From Psilocybe cubensis (lineage: Eukaryota), in contig CM039008.1 in NCBI GenBank assembly GCA_017499595.2, forward strand, positions 1,612,001 to 1,676,000: a stretch of DNA of 64,000 nt, written 5' to 3'. The notes beneath the pieces were generated by a model. That model saw nothing but the letters and a program-made list of their open reading frames with translations. It was not told the origin of the DNA and searched no databases. Positions 13,035 to 26,576 of this stretch are shown here, piece by piece (the first letter of the stretch is position 1; each line of letters starts with the position of its first letter). The translations under genes and the position numbers were made by a program.

Positions 13035-13234
13035 GTTTAACGAAACTTTGGGATTTTTCAGTTTGAGGATGTATGATGATTATTCCCAAGTATCGTTGGA
13101 GAGTGGGGACGATGGAACAGAGCAAAGGTTGGGGCGAAGCAATCCCGTCGGCCCGAGATTTCCAAAAGTGAGAGACCCTGTCGGCCTCTGTCGGCAAGGG
13201 CCTAGACTTCCCGACTAGACTGTCACTCATATTC

Positions 13235-13645
13235 CAGCTACTTTCATATCAATAGGCCTAAAATGAAAATATACACATACAGGCGGACTTTAAACCTGTT
13301 GTAAGCGAGTCATTTCGGCTATGTTTCTATTTTGAGCTGTTTTGAACAGTGGCACGATCTTCAACGATGTGTTGACATATTGCCAAAGTCGAGAAAGAAA
13401 TGGCCTTAAAAATGTTTTTGGAGTGCAATCTGAATGACACAAAACCTAACACCATAGCGTCACCCTATAATCGACTCTGAAAAAATTATATTTTCCCCTA
13501 AACTTTTACGTGTTGTGTTCTATATATATGCCCGCCGAATATCTTGGCATATTGCCGGACTCACATCCAAGCTCCGCCAATTGAAATTTCATTCTCCGTG
13601 TATGTGTAAATTTTCATTTTAGGCCTATCGATATGAAAGTAGCTG
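13235..13645. mobile_element. MITE, 411 bp, 47-bp TIRs
   Basis: CAGCTACTTTCATATCAATAGGCCTAAAATGAAAATATACACATACA at the left end matches the reverse complement of the right end with 2 mismatches. TC flanks both sides (13233-13234, 13646-13647). No ORF. Confidence 0.92.
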
Positions 13646-14627
13646 TCAACGAATCATAATTTTGCTTTCAGCGTCACTATAATTATTACGTTCGTTGAGA
13701 CTGTTTGTGGGAACTGAATCCCAACGCGTTGAACCTTTTAATCAAAGGGACTAGTGTACGGCAAGAACACGCAGTTTCGAACACGCATTATCATTCTAAT
13801 TCGATTCGGACGGCGAGTAAAGGCTAAGTTCTCCTAAACTTCGCCTCGCACCTGCGCGTACTATGCTACCCATAAATCACAAAGTCAAAAAACTCGCCAG
13901 TTTAGCAGGTTGGATTTTTTGTGAATTTCAAACGCCCATACACGATCATGATATTGATGTATACGCACTTGGAGGCTGAGCCATGACTCACATTTGTGAG
14001 AGAATATACTAATTGAAAACGTAAAACAATGAAAGGATTACTTCTAGCCCATTCCTATTAATTTTACTAGTGTTACATAGTCTTTCGCAACAGCCATATC
14101 GCCGTAGGCTTGTTGTTCAAATGAAATTCAATGCGATGAACACAAGTGCTATAGGGATAAACATCTTCGATGCGGTGAAATCGGTTCCATGCGGGTTTTG
14201 CCAATGAGCGACAGTGCGGATGGGAACATTGGGAAGTACCGGATGGCAGCGAGTGTTACGTTGGTGTCATGAAAGTATATTCTCTCGAATCCCATCATGT
14301 AAGGCATCGCTTATGTCAATAGGATAGATTTGTTCCGTGTCTTCTTTTCGTATACTCGATCTTGACTCGATCGCTGGGCGCTTGATAAAGCCTATTTTTA
14401 GATTCCGAACTCCGGGTTACCACCAATTATCTAATGTGAACTTGAAAGGGAAGAAATTAACCGCCTCTAGGTAGAGGCACAAAAAACATATATAAGAAGC
14501 TCCATATTTCACTTAATCCATCAGCTCGCTAACTACCTCTCTAAGTAACAAGGTCAGTTACTCAATGTCTTGGTTATCCGCTTCCTGTACTTATTTTATT
14601 TTATATACGTTCACCAGCTACTCAACA

Positions 14628-15055
14628 ATGCAGTTCACTTTCGCCGCCATCGCCGCTGCCTTTGTCGCAGGTGCCCAGCTCGTCGCTGCTAGCCCTGCTC
14701 CTGCTGAGGAGGCCACAAACGCTGCTGACTTCGGCATCAACATTGGCTCCACGTTCAACAATGTCGTCGCCTGGGTTGACGGCCAAAGCAAGTGCAACAA
14801 CGTTGTCATCGCAGCCGTACGTTTGCTTAAACTTCCGGCATCATTCTGCCCTACTCACTATCCATGATGAACAATTAGGCCGGTACCAACTTTTGCGGTC
14901 ACTCGTTCAACCTGAACGGAAGGACCTTCACAGTCAATGGTTGCGGAGGTCCTCTCTGGGTCACCCAGGGTCCTTCCAACACTTTCTGGGCGAACTGCGG
15001 GTCGCTCTCTGAGGCGGATGCTTGCGGTGTTCACACCAACTGGCACTGCCTCTAA
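14628..15055 (+). CDS. Small secreted cysteine-rich protein (121 aa, 6 Cys)
   Basis: Signal peptide MQFTFAAIAAAFVAGAQLVAA. Exon 1 is 14628-14816, a GT-AG intron spans 14817-14878 and exon 2 is 14879-15055, ending ..ACGVHTNWHCL*. Third codon positions are C-biased. A TATATAA box lies near 14489 and a probable 5'UTR intron at ~14553-14617. Confidence 0.88.
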
Positions 15056-15690
15056 TTCAGGGTATTTGTATGGCTAAGGGTGCTTAAAGCGAATGCATCG
15101 GCCTCGGGACGTGCTGAACTTCGGAAAATATTCACTACATTGCACTGTAACCAAAAATAAATTTAGAAATATACGGTTGTCGCTTTGCTACATCTTTCTT
15201 TGCTTAACAAAGATAATAGTTAAGATTATTGGGAAGTGGAATATCGAATGGCCGCACAATTCATTAATATATGCAGTCGAGCATCTACAGGCGCCCATGG
15301 TTCGATTGATTCAGGATATAGCCCCTTTTGGAATCTAACATTGTGTTTTTATCCCGTTTTTTTTCTTTTTCTTTTGGTCTTTTGGTCTTTTCATGTTATT
15401 TGTTGACTTCAAATGCTTCGGCAAATCCCAAAATTGTGCTTATTATCTTGACGGTTGAAGCTAAATCACTAAATTTCTTAAGCCTCTGACTAAACTGTCA
15501 TAGCGATAAAAATGAAGATTTTGTATAACAAGGCACAAGTGCAAGTTCAAGTTAATATCGTTTAGAATACACATCATTGAAGAACATGCTACACTAATAA
15601 TCTTTCGATACATAGAAGATATAAATACAGAAGCATGCCGATGGAAGCAAACCAAAGGCGGGAGGGCGGGGCTATTCAAGTTGCACCCCT

Positions 15691-16700
15691 TCAAATTGAA
15701 CGACTCCGAGAATGAATCCCACGACCATTGTGCGTAGCGGGAGTAACATCTAGACGTTCTGACTTTAACTGATCGCCGATATCCACAGAGCACCCCTCTT
15801 CCCCACATGTCTGCCTTGGGTTGCCAACACACGAACACGCAAGTTGAGTAAACCCCGCCTCCTGTGCTCGCAGCTGCAGTCGAAGAAGGTTCTTCTTCGC
15901 CGCGTTGGATCTAGAGTGTAGCATTTGATTCAGATACTGCAACTCCTGGTGTTGTTCAAAATGCTGTCGTGCGGTTGCTTCGGCGCCAATGCACGCGTTT
16001 TTATACATCTGGGCTTTGTATATTGCGCTGAGAAATTCATATTCGGCTTTGAGATGGACGTCGATGGAAAGAGGTCTGGATGCGTAGTCGTTTTGCGAGT
16101 GTGAGTCCTGTTGAAGTAGATAGTTAAAGCAAAAAGATTAAGTGATTACCACAAATGAAATTCTTACAGAGAATGACTCCTTCTGACTGAGGTTCAGTTG
16201 AGCAATTGAGACTACAGGGACTGAGGTCCGCTCATGTATTGTGTTCAAGCCAATCGCCGGGCAATCCCTGCAAATCTCTTGCATCATCATCTTGTGCTAG
16301 TACAATATGAGTAAGCCCCAATGCCACGGATGGAAGAAAATATGGTAGCGTACCGTATTGGCTGTGTAGCACTTGAAGGTCGGGACATCATCGATCTGAT
16401 CATCATCAGTTTGGAACCTTGACTGCTTCGGAAAATACGGGGGTCGTTGTAGGCCAAAACATTTTTTCAAAACCTCTAGCAACCCGCAGGGCATGCGACC
16501 AAGTACAAGGATTATACAGAAACAACGAAGGGACGAAGAAGAAAGGAAGAATTTCGAGAGGGATCTCAGGTTCTTTTCTACATCGCAGGCCCCAGTCGCG
16601 GTCGTCGGACAAGAACTTCGCAGATGGAGTAATTTGATGGGTGGCGGAAAAATTTTCCTGCGAGGAGCGACACACAGTTGGTGCGCTTTTCCAATATTAA
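15691..16700 (-). CDS. Hypothetical multi-exon protein (start uncertain)
   Basis: Exons join in frame through GT-AG introns: ..TFKCYTANT|HKMMMQEICRDC..QKESFS|DSHSQNDYASRP..AQMYKNACIGAE..LRLQLRAQEAGF... No family recognised. Confidence 0.5.
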
Positions 16701-17273
16701 AGATGCGGTCATAGCGAGCCTCGACCGTCTTAAGGCGGGAATGAAATGTGGTTGCCCTGGAGGATGGCGCCTAGCCTTTGATTATTACTATTATATCCGG
16801 CCCTTTCAAAAACATCACATTGCTGAATTTGCAGAGAAGTGTGCAGTCTAAAGGGATTATTATCCATGCAAGCTATTAGATACTTACTTGTGCACAATAC
16901 GACGAACATACACACCCGTTCCTAGTACTCGAGGTTCAACAGACAGGTTCGATGCCCGATCTGTTCCTCTGGGGATTTGTTCGATTTCCAGTGATTTTTG
17001 TCATCCTGGATCTGAAAACTTGTGACTGGTGCGGTTATGGGTGCACTCTGGTGCACTCCGGGGTTTCGGGTCGACAGCCAGCGACAGCCATGGACGCGCT
17101 AAATGACAACCCTGACCCGTTCCTCGGAGTCAGAGGGAGTGATCACGCCGGCGGCCCGGCGCGCAATTCGCGTCAATGGCCTTGAGTTTACAGTTGTTTG
17201 TTAAGTGCCCAAATTCGGAAGGGTCGAAAAAAGTCAAGCACAACGGTTATCCAGGGTGAGCCATCCCCAAACA

Positions 17274-20200
17274 ATGTCCGCCGACACCGTCGACAAAAAG
17301 GAGGTCGAGGAGGGGTCAACGAATACCGTACCTCATGGGTGAGAACTTTCAGTCAAAATTTCTGCCATACCTGCGTTAATAAATCGATTCAAAAATTAGC
17401 TCGACCCTATTTGTCTCGAATTTGCCATATAATGCGACATCAGTCGATTTGCAGACCTTGTTCTCTGACATCGCACCTGTCAGATCCGCATTTGTTGTCA
17501 CAGAGCACGGAACTGGAGTGTCGAAGGGTGTCGGATACGTTTCATTCGCACTGAAGGAAGATGCGCAGGCTGCTTTTGAAAACATAACCAAGGAGGGCAT
17601 CAGTCTTGTAGGAAGAAAGTTGCGTGTACAGTGGGCAGACTCAAAGGTGCGTGCATTGTGCAAATCATGTTCAAATGTCATGTTCATTTCTCCGTAGCCT
17701 AAAGAAAAGGGAGAGAAGGGGGAAAGAAAAGAAGTCGTCAAGAAGGAACCCAAGCCCCGACCTGCACACCAACAACCTAGGCTTCCCCATGACCCCTTTG
17801 CAACACGTACTATCGTAATATCTGGACTACCTCCTGGTCTGGATTCCAAGGTGCTATGGAAAAAAATCAGGAAATACGAAGGAGCAGAAAAGGTCGATTG
17901 GCCAATAAAAGATGAAGAGGGAAACGAAGATCCTACAACAGGTTCGTCCCACCTTTTCAAAAACCATCAACTAACTAACATGACTTAGCCCATGTCCTAT
18001 ACACATCTTCTAGCCAGGCCTACGAAGCCGTCAACAAATTACACGCACATGTCTACAAAGGCTGCCTTCTTTCCGTAACCCTTAAAAAACGGCTCGACAC
18101 CCTTTCCAAACCTACTACCACGGTTGCCAAAGGCAGCGAGTCTCTGCCAACCTCTGGAAAAGGCAAAGCTGTAGCAGCGCCGAGCCATGCGAGTCGTCTT
18201 ATCGTGCGCAATATTCCTTTCAACGCTACCGAGCAGGATCTGCGAGCCATTTTTCTACCATACGGACCCATTTATTCAATACATATACCTCTGGATGATA
18301 AGGGTAACAAGAAAGACAAGGATCGCGAACCGGACGTGCCAGAAAGTAGCACGGCTGCGGCGTATGCGGCTGCTAAGAAGCCCAGGACGAAAGGATTCGC
18401 ATTTGTGTGGATGTTGAGTAAAAAAGATGCGGAGAGGGCGATGGAGGGTTGTAACGGTATGGTTATGCGTGCAGGGACCGCGGAGGCTCTTGTATCGGAG
18501 AAACAGAAAAAGAAAAAGCTTCTGCGGCTAGAAAAGAAGGCAGCAGCGAGGGCGGCCGGCAAGGAAGTGAAAGCTGAGAATGAGGGCGAGAACGAAGATG
18601 AAGACATGGACAAACCTAAGGCGGATGACAAACGTGCTACGGAACGTGTTATTGCGGTGGATTGGGCATTGAGTAAAGAAAAGTGGAAGGAAGAGAAAGC
18701 TAAGATGGATGAGGATATTGAAATGAGAAGTGCATCAGGTTCGGGTTCAAGTGACAGCGGTAGTAGCGCCGAGAGCGACGAGGAGAGCGATGGTGGTCTA
18801 GGAGTGCACGATGGAAGCGAAAGTGATAGTGATGATAGCGAGTCGGACGTATCCCGCGACGAGAGTGATGAGGAGGAACCCGTCAAACCTCAGCTACCGG
18901 CTCCAGAAGCTGGAACGACACTTTTCATCCGCAATATTCCTTTCAACGCTACAGAAGATGAACTGAGAACACTGTACGACCTCCGTGTCATTATCTCGCG
19001 TCCAACAACTAACATTTTTTTAATAGATTCCGTTCATTTGGCCCTCTTCGTTATGCACGTATCACCATGGATCACGAAACGGGTCGTTCAAGAGGTACTG
19101 GATTCGCCTGCTTCTGGAACATCGAAGATGCAGACAGAGCAGTACAACAAAGTGAACTGTTGCGTTCAGAAACGACCGGTCAAGCTGTTGCGGCAAGTAT
19201 AATGGTTTTCATCCGTTTTTCGAATTTTCTCTTATTTGCACTTTCCTTTTTCCAGCCGAAGAAAAATCCATTCTCCTTACCTTCAATTCTCACCCCCGAT
19301 CCTTCATCCAGCTTAGCCCAGAGTTTGGTGCTTCATGGACGAACTCTTGATGTTGTCAGAGCAGTTACAAGAGACGTCGCTGGTAAATTGAAGGAGACCA
19401 ATGAAAGAGCCCGCGAAAAAGCAGATAAAAGAAACATGTACCTCATTCGCGAAGGAGGTACAGCGACATCGATTTCTATTGCTTTCTGATTGCTGACCCC
19501 TTACTTGCTTTACTAGTTATTATGCCCAACACACCTGCGTCTGAGAACCTGACTCCGGCCGAGATTGAGCGACGCACAAGTTCTTTTAACGCTCGTCGTG
19601 CCCTTCTCAAGAGCAACCCCTCCTTGTTCATTTCCAAGACCCGTCTCAGTGTCCGCCAAATTCCCATATTTGTTACCGAGCGTATGGTCAAGCGCCTCGT
19701 AACACACTCAATCAAGGCATTCAACGCCGAAGTCAAACAGGGGACACGCGCACCTCTCAGCGCCGACGAGCTCGCCGACCCGCTAACTGAAAAACCCGCA
19801 GAACCAAAATTGCCCATCAAACTCAATGACGAATCTGAGTCGGAGGATGAGAACCAGGACAAGAAAAAGAAAAAGAAGAAAGGCAAATTCACTGGCCGCG
19901 ATACGGGCGTAAAACAGATTAAGATTGTACGTCAGGCCGAACGCATAGACCCAATCACCGGCAAGGGCCGGAGCAAAGGGTACGGTTTCGTTGAGATGCA
20001 TCGGCACTCCGACGCCCTACGTTTCCTTCGATGGGCAAACAATAACACGAACGTCAACGATCTATTCGATGCGTGGTGGAAGGACGAGTTAGAGAACATG
20101 CTCAAAGCGGAGAGGGCAAAGGATGCAGACGCGAGGGATGATGCTCGGATCAAGAGGTTGAAAGAAGAAATTGATAGGGCGGAGCAGCATCCTGGGGGCA

Positions 20201-20579
20201 AGAAAGGCAAAGGAACACTTATTGTGGAATTCTCAATTGAGAACATTCAAGTATTGCAGCGCAGGGCGGCAATGCAGAGCACTCAGAAAAATCCAGATGT
20301 AAGTACTATCAACAAACCTCAATATCTTTGGGATTAATGACTCCATATCAGGCTGCGATTAAAGGTCCATCGACGGACAAAAAACGTAAATCAGAGCCAG
20401 AGGAAAGGCATACCCAAAAATCTGATGAGCGATCTCCTAAAAAGCGTCGCACTGGAAATGAAAAGACCAAACCTGAGCCAGAAAAGGAAACCAAGTCAAT
20501 ACCCAGCAACCCATTGGGTTCTATAATCGGTAGAAAACGCAAGGAACGTAAGGCAGGAGGAAAGAAAGGGGGAAAGTAA
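17274..20579 (+). CDS. NOP4: Nucleolar multi-RRM protein Nop4/RBM28 (60S biogenesis)
   Basis: Multiple RRMs (TLFVSNLPYNAT..SKGVGYVSF; LIVRNIPFNAT..TKGFAFV; TLFIRNIPFNAT..SRGTGFACF; TRLSVRQIP..RSKGYGFVE), an acidic D/E/S linker, DKRNMYLIREG, NPSLFISKTRL, LIVEFSIEN and a basic C-terminus. Confidence 0.92.
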
Positions 20580-20851
20580 TTCTGGTAGTCGACTTTAATG
20601 TACCTTTCCTTTACATATCCTCTATTTTGCTCAATCTCTTATCTTCAGTGAATCTAAACAACAAGACACAGAAACCTTTCAGTGAAACTGAACCGACATT
20701 GTATGCTTCATCTAGACATGAAAATAATTGCTAATAATGTGATATGTATAAATACATGTGTGATGGATATGAATAGTTAGTACAAAAGAGAAAAATGTGT
20801 AGCGATGTCGAACGAGACTTAAAATTGGTACGCAAGCATGCTCATGCTCAT

Positions 20852-23800
20852 CTATTTGGCCTTAGCGTCGATTTGGGGTGCGTCTGGCGGCCGAAGGCCG
20901 CGAGTAGTCAACTTGGACACCTGTACAAACGCATCTAGCAAGCTAGGGACGACAAATGGTTCCTTGCATTCTCGACGAATGTCCTTTATGGCGTTCTCTG
21001 CTTCTTCCCGTAGTCGTTTCTCCCGCTTGAGTTCATTGCGAAGTCTAAAAATTTCTGCCTCCATTTCTGCTTGTGGAAAAAAAAGCAGCCATAAAGTTGA
21101 CGGAAGGAATGAAAAAAAGTATCAGCCAGTGTATCCATTATATACCACTACAGAGGCGACGTACCTTCTTCTGTCTGATGGCCGAGCATGATAGGCCGAG
21201 GTACAACACTTGAGTTGAGTGACTTGAGTTCAGCGATGACCACCGCTTCGCGCGCCATCTTCGCGGCAATCTCACGTTTGATGTCGGATGACTCTCTTAA
21301 GAGGGTCTGAATAGCCAGTAGCTCATCTTTGGTGTGCGTTGAAGGCCTCTTTCTCTTGTGCGTCTTGGGTGAGGTTGTTGATGACGATGACAATGAGGAG
21401 GCGGATTGAAATAGGGAGGACGAGGAAGACAAGGAAGGCGCGAGAGGCCCAGTGGATTCCGAGGGAATTGGGAAATCAGAGGTAATAAATGGTTCTACTG
21501 GTGGCTGTTGGTGCTGCTGCTGCTGTTCGGGGTTATGATACCAAGAGGCCCACTTCAAAGTATTGAACGCTGCAAGAGCAGTAGATACAGGATCAATGGC
21601 AGAGGGAGGCGGAGTAGGAAGTACAAAACCCTAATTTTTATTCAACCATATTAAATAGTTGCATCAACTGAGTGGCATATAGTTTAGCTAGGAGAGGACC
21701 TTACCGTCGTTGTGTCAACTTGCGGCGCCGGCCCACGGAAGGGTGGCACTTCGGAGCTGTCGTACCAACCCCATTGTTGCTGTTGCTGTTGCATGGACCC
21801 TCTCTCCTGCCATAATTGGTATGTCAGTTAAAAATGAGTGGAGAGTCAAATGAGAAGTGGCGGGTCGTACATATTGGTCCAGAGCTACCGGTGAAGGGGG
21901 TTGAGTTTGGTGCACGAGTTGGGATGACGACGACGAAGGGATTTGTGGCTCTGGCGCCTGGATATCAAATTATTTTATAGACTAATTTTGTGAGTTGCCA
22001 TGTGCAAACCTCAACTTTAAGAAGCGTTTGCTCTGTCGATGAATTATCAGACGCTTGCTGCGCGCGCGCTCGCTCGCTTTCCTTCGATTTCTATATCAAA
22101 GTCATGAGTTGGGGGAATGGAGGGATGCGCGACATGTACAAACAAGAGAGCTGAGGAATTCTTTAACAAGATTGGAGCCCTTGTTCTTATCCTGTTGCGC
22201 ATCTTTCTCATTGGTGGAGCTTTCAGCTGGTTGAAAGCGCGAGGGACGAATCCTGGTCTGTGTATTGCCATCTGTAGATGTGACTGACAAATTGGGAGCA
22301 TGGAAAGTGTGAAGAACAGTGGTATCCTCAGTGCATTCTTGTTTCTGCACGCAAGGAGAAGGAATAAATGTTATACTCGGAGAAGAGACATAGAAAAAAC
22401 GAACCACTGGAGGACTTTCCGGAGTTTTGTCAGGTTTGGTGTAACGGCCTTGTAATATCTTCTTATTAGAAAAAATGTTTAGTCCAGTACTTATAATGAT
22501 AAAATGATCGCAAAGTACTTACGGGTTCTGTGGGTAGACGACTCCTAGACTGTGGTTTGTACCACGATGATGATGCCTCTGTATTAATCTGACTGTAATA
22601 CGCTTTCTGCATGTGCCAGATTATCAATGCCACGTGTACGTAGATGAGAAAGATAACTGACAGGAGCTACTGGAGGAGCTTTACTCGCATTATGAACACT
22701 ATCCACATCCATTTTGACATCGTAAGTGGTTACAGGAGATCGTGTGGTATCGAATGGATTGGTAAAAACGGTTTGGACAGCTGCAATGCCTGACGAAGAT
22801 GGATTCAAGTCTGCAATACCGGTTTGCGATTGTGAAGACGTAGCAACGTTTCGCGGTGCCTTGAAGTTGGAAGTTCCAGGATCATAAGAGGTAGTTTGTG
22901 AGGAGTCTGAAGAGTAGGTATAGGTGAACATGGTGACAGCTGGCCAAGAAGCATTCTCAAGACCAGAGGGTGTCTGGGAGTGCTAAACGATGGAAATAGC
23001 CCACGAACCTTTTTGAGTCCCATCAGGAGGTTTTTGTGATCCAAAAATATCGGCGAAGGATGGGGAAGCTTGATTTTGGCTTATAGATGCGTTCTTCCCG
23101 CCAAAAGCGCCGGAAGAAGTTCCTTCATTACGTCTGCCGTTGTTCTTTTCACTAAAAGAGGTTGGATGGCCCCCCGACATGTTGGTACGGAACGATGTAC
23201 CAGTTTGAACAGTTTGACCAGTTGATGCGCTAGGTACTTTGGGGGTGACCTTCGTTGTATCTAAAGAAGAAATTTGAATGAACATTCTGGAAAACGGCAA
23301 AGGTGGCCAGTCTCGTTCTATACTAGGAGTGGAAAGCACAAACCTGTTTCGGTGCCAGGGAATATAGAAGAGACTTGTCCAACCTGAGTAGAAGGCTTGA
23401 AATTGAAATCAAATGGTTTAGATATGGGTAGGGTGGGTTTCGCGGTACCTAAGGAAAGCTCTAATGAATACCCTGAGATCCAACTATGATACTAGGAATC
23501 GAAAAAGACGAACTTATTTGGCTTTGGTTGATGTTCGGCGTGTTTTGCAATCCAAAACTATTGCGGAAGGATGAAGTAATGTGTTTCCCGATAGTCGAAG
23601 GTTTCTTCTTGCTATTAATTGAACTTGAAGTTGTCGGTTTGTTTCCATTGGTGGTGGGCCTGAGGCTTTGAGAACTTGACTGTGAGCGTACATTAATGTC
23701 TTCCTCCCCTTTCTTGTTCTCTGCATTTTGGGTTGTTGTATGGGACGTGTCAGATGTGCGAGGCCCCTTGGAATTGGATGGTATAGGTACATGGATTTTT

Positions 23801-24170
23801 TCAGGAGCCTTTCGGGGTGGCAAGGGTGGCAAGTTCTTGAAGGTCGGGAAAGGTTGCTCGGGTTCAGGAGACCTCGAAGGATCCTACAATATTGTAATAT
23901 GAAAAGATGCTTTGGAATGTTTGCAACCTGGTCTCACATCAGCGGGATCGATTTTGAACAATTTGTGAGGTCTTTCCCATGTCGTGTTGTGTTTCTTGAA
24001 GGGGAATGGCAAGCCATTTGAAGAGTGATTTACAGGTTGCGAAGAAGTTGACTTTGAGGGGTAGGATTGAGTGTACTCTTCTGGTAGTTTTCTTTTCTGT
24101 GGATATCTGCTCAAATGTATAAGTTGTCAATTGCATTCGGGTAAACCGGGAAGCGCACATGTATTTGACA
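20852..24170 (-). CDS. Hypothetical large S/P/T/Q-rich low-complexity protein with a C-terminal coiled coil (exon structure uncertain; possibly more than one gene)
   Basis: A chain of minus-strand ORFs separated by intron-like gaps. The last exon LKREKRLREEAENAIKDIRRECKEPFVVPSLLDAF resembles C-termini of agaric hypothetical proteins. Confidence 0.6.
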
Positions 24171-24954
24171 TTAAGATTCGAACTGCATTGATGTATGTAT
24201 TAGACGCCGTGGACTAGTGACACTGGGTAAAGAGAAATACATCGATAGTGACTGTAGAAGTTCTTCCGAGGGTTTGCTCTTCAGCGCGATGTGCTTATGA
24301 AGAGTCTATGATGCCCCTATGAGTTCATCTCGTCAAAACGCGACAGAGTACTAGGCACGCACCCCATCTTTTTGAACGGCGGGCCATACGCACTGAACAC
24401 ACCCGTGCGACACAAACGTCGTATTCTCTCTCTTTGGATGGGGTAGCTTGAGCGATGTCAAGTCTCCTCGAAATGTGGCGTCTGATTCCGGTGTGAATTT
24501 GGAGAAATACTGCGTAGCCTTTAGACCGAAGTATCGAATCTGCAGCTTTATTTCAAAGTCGCCTCCTGCTGAAAGAGCCATTTAGGGTCATCTATGACTC
24601 TCTAAAATAGGAGACGATTTTTGCCACTAAGAAGTAGGAGTTCGGTACGCAGTCGAGGGTCAAGTCGGTGTTTTTTTTATGGTTGCTATTGTAACTATTT
24701 TTAGGCAGGATAAGATAAATGTTTCACTTCTCACGATTTAATCTATTATGTTATCTTTGTAAAATATAACAGAACTGTTTCTTGTTGAACAAGTAGGGAA
24801 GAATAACATCTACAGCATTTCAAACTGTTTAAGTAAACGTTCTTCATAGTTGGTTCTGGTTGGTTCACAGCATCCTTTGGTCTGTTGCGTCGTATATCTA
24901 CCATATTCATTGCCTAAAAATTATATTGCATTAACCTTTATCTGCTGCTGATCC

Positions 24955-26576
24955 TTAATTTGCTGTATATAGCGGAGGCATTTCCACAATAGTATTCGAA
25001 GAAGAGTCTTCGGCCATAAAATTTGGGATCCGAAGACCGCTATCTTCGTGTATCACCGTCTGGGTAGGTCTGGGTACGGGGAACGGACGGTTTTCAGAAG
25101 GGATTCGAGGTAAAGCTGACAGTGGCCGTTGCATTAACGGCGGGTGGACAATACTGGTGGGCAAGGAATTAATTGGAGACGTTTGCCCTGGTCCATCGGC
25201 GGTGTACATTCCTATTGATTGAAGCTCGGTACTTAATGATCTTGGAGGTGGAGCAGAAGTGATTGATGCCTTCATTGCGGCCTCAACTGGCGTTGGTACA
25301 CTATGAAGCACGGCCGCGATTCGTGTGGAAGCCGTGACAGAGGTATTATGGAAATGATTTACGGGAACATACCGACGACCAGGAAATTGGCAGAATGGTT
25401 GGATCATAGCGGTGGAGTTGCCTTCATTGGGTTGTTCATGTCGTTTATGGCGCCGGCGCCTGTTAAAAATAAAATAGAACGCTATGGAGAGTATGATGAC
25501 GACGGTTGCTGCCCCAACCACCCCACCAATCACACCTTGAGTGTGGCTTTTATCCGTCGTGCTATCACCCTTGCCTTTAGCAGATGACGGCAAGAGGGTA
25601 GGACCGGGTATAGTCAGAACTGTTGATGGATTATCCAATGCAGAAGTCCCATTCTGAATGATAAGATAGTTGAGAGAGAGAGGTGCCGTCGACTCATTTC
25701 CCAGAAAGGTGACGGTAATTTCATGAGGACCTAACGCGTATCGAGCCGTTTGAAAAAATTCCTGGTTATATAAAGTGGTGTTCGAGTTCGCAGCAAGGCT
25801 GTTCAATGAAAAGACAACTGGATTTTGATCATCGACCGAATATGTGCCAAGCGTGGGGGAATGAGGAAACCCGGACGGGAATAAGGAATACCAACTGAGA
25901 GAACTGCCTAATCTCAGGCTTTGATTAGTATTGATTCAATATGAATTGAAAAAACTGACCAATGAAAGGAAATTTGACACTCGAATTGAACGTTCTTGTC
26001 ATATTGACCAAGTTCGCAGTACCATAAAAGTACTGCGCCCAACCATTGCTGTACTGCAGCGCTGGGTCCAGAGGATTCACATATATAACCTCATTGATGA
26101 GGGGTACCGATGCCGAAGGGACATACCGGATGCTATCAAACCAAAATGTCTGTCCATTAGAGGCCGTTGCGTTAACAGTAAGTGTGTGAGGTCCGTCTAC
26201 AAGTCTATCCTTTTCGCAAATTATCAAGTTATTTTCTCGCGATAGCGCCCCAATTGCCTTGCCAATGTTATTGTTATCAAGAAAGCAATCGAAAATGGGG
26301 TATGGGGTTCCCAAGTCGATGGTACCGATGACGGACACTTTTATCCCTAGCCCGCAGACATAGACATTAGTCTTGTTCAAGACCTCGATTCTGGCTAACG
26401 CACTGCTTACCATTGAAGGCAAAAGATAAACTTCCGTTCGTGGTGCCGTGTAAAGTGCTGAGGTAGGGTGGTCCAAAAGTTCCAAAGGTGTCCTGACTCC
26501 CATGGTCTTGAAACCAGCCTAGACTATATTGTACCCTAGGATCGGTGTCATCGACCACAATAGATCTAGTAGTCAT
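24955..26576 (-). CDS. Single-pass membrane protein with tandem beta-sandwich (galactose-binding-like) repeats
   Basis: Repeats IVVDDTDPRVQYSLGW..G.HTLTV..FWFDSIRY and YVNPLDPALQYSNGW..GPHEITV..LSLNYLII. The TM segment VIGGVVGAATVVIILSIAFYFIF is followed by RRRR. The tail has HEDSGLR and ends MPPLYT. Confidence 0.8.

Noticed and set aside
18272-18886. 204-aa Ser/Leu-rich minus-strand ORF
   Set aside because: Antisense shadow of the K/E/D-rich NOP4 exon.
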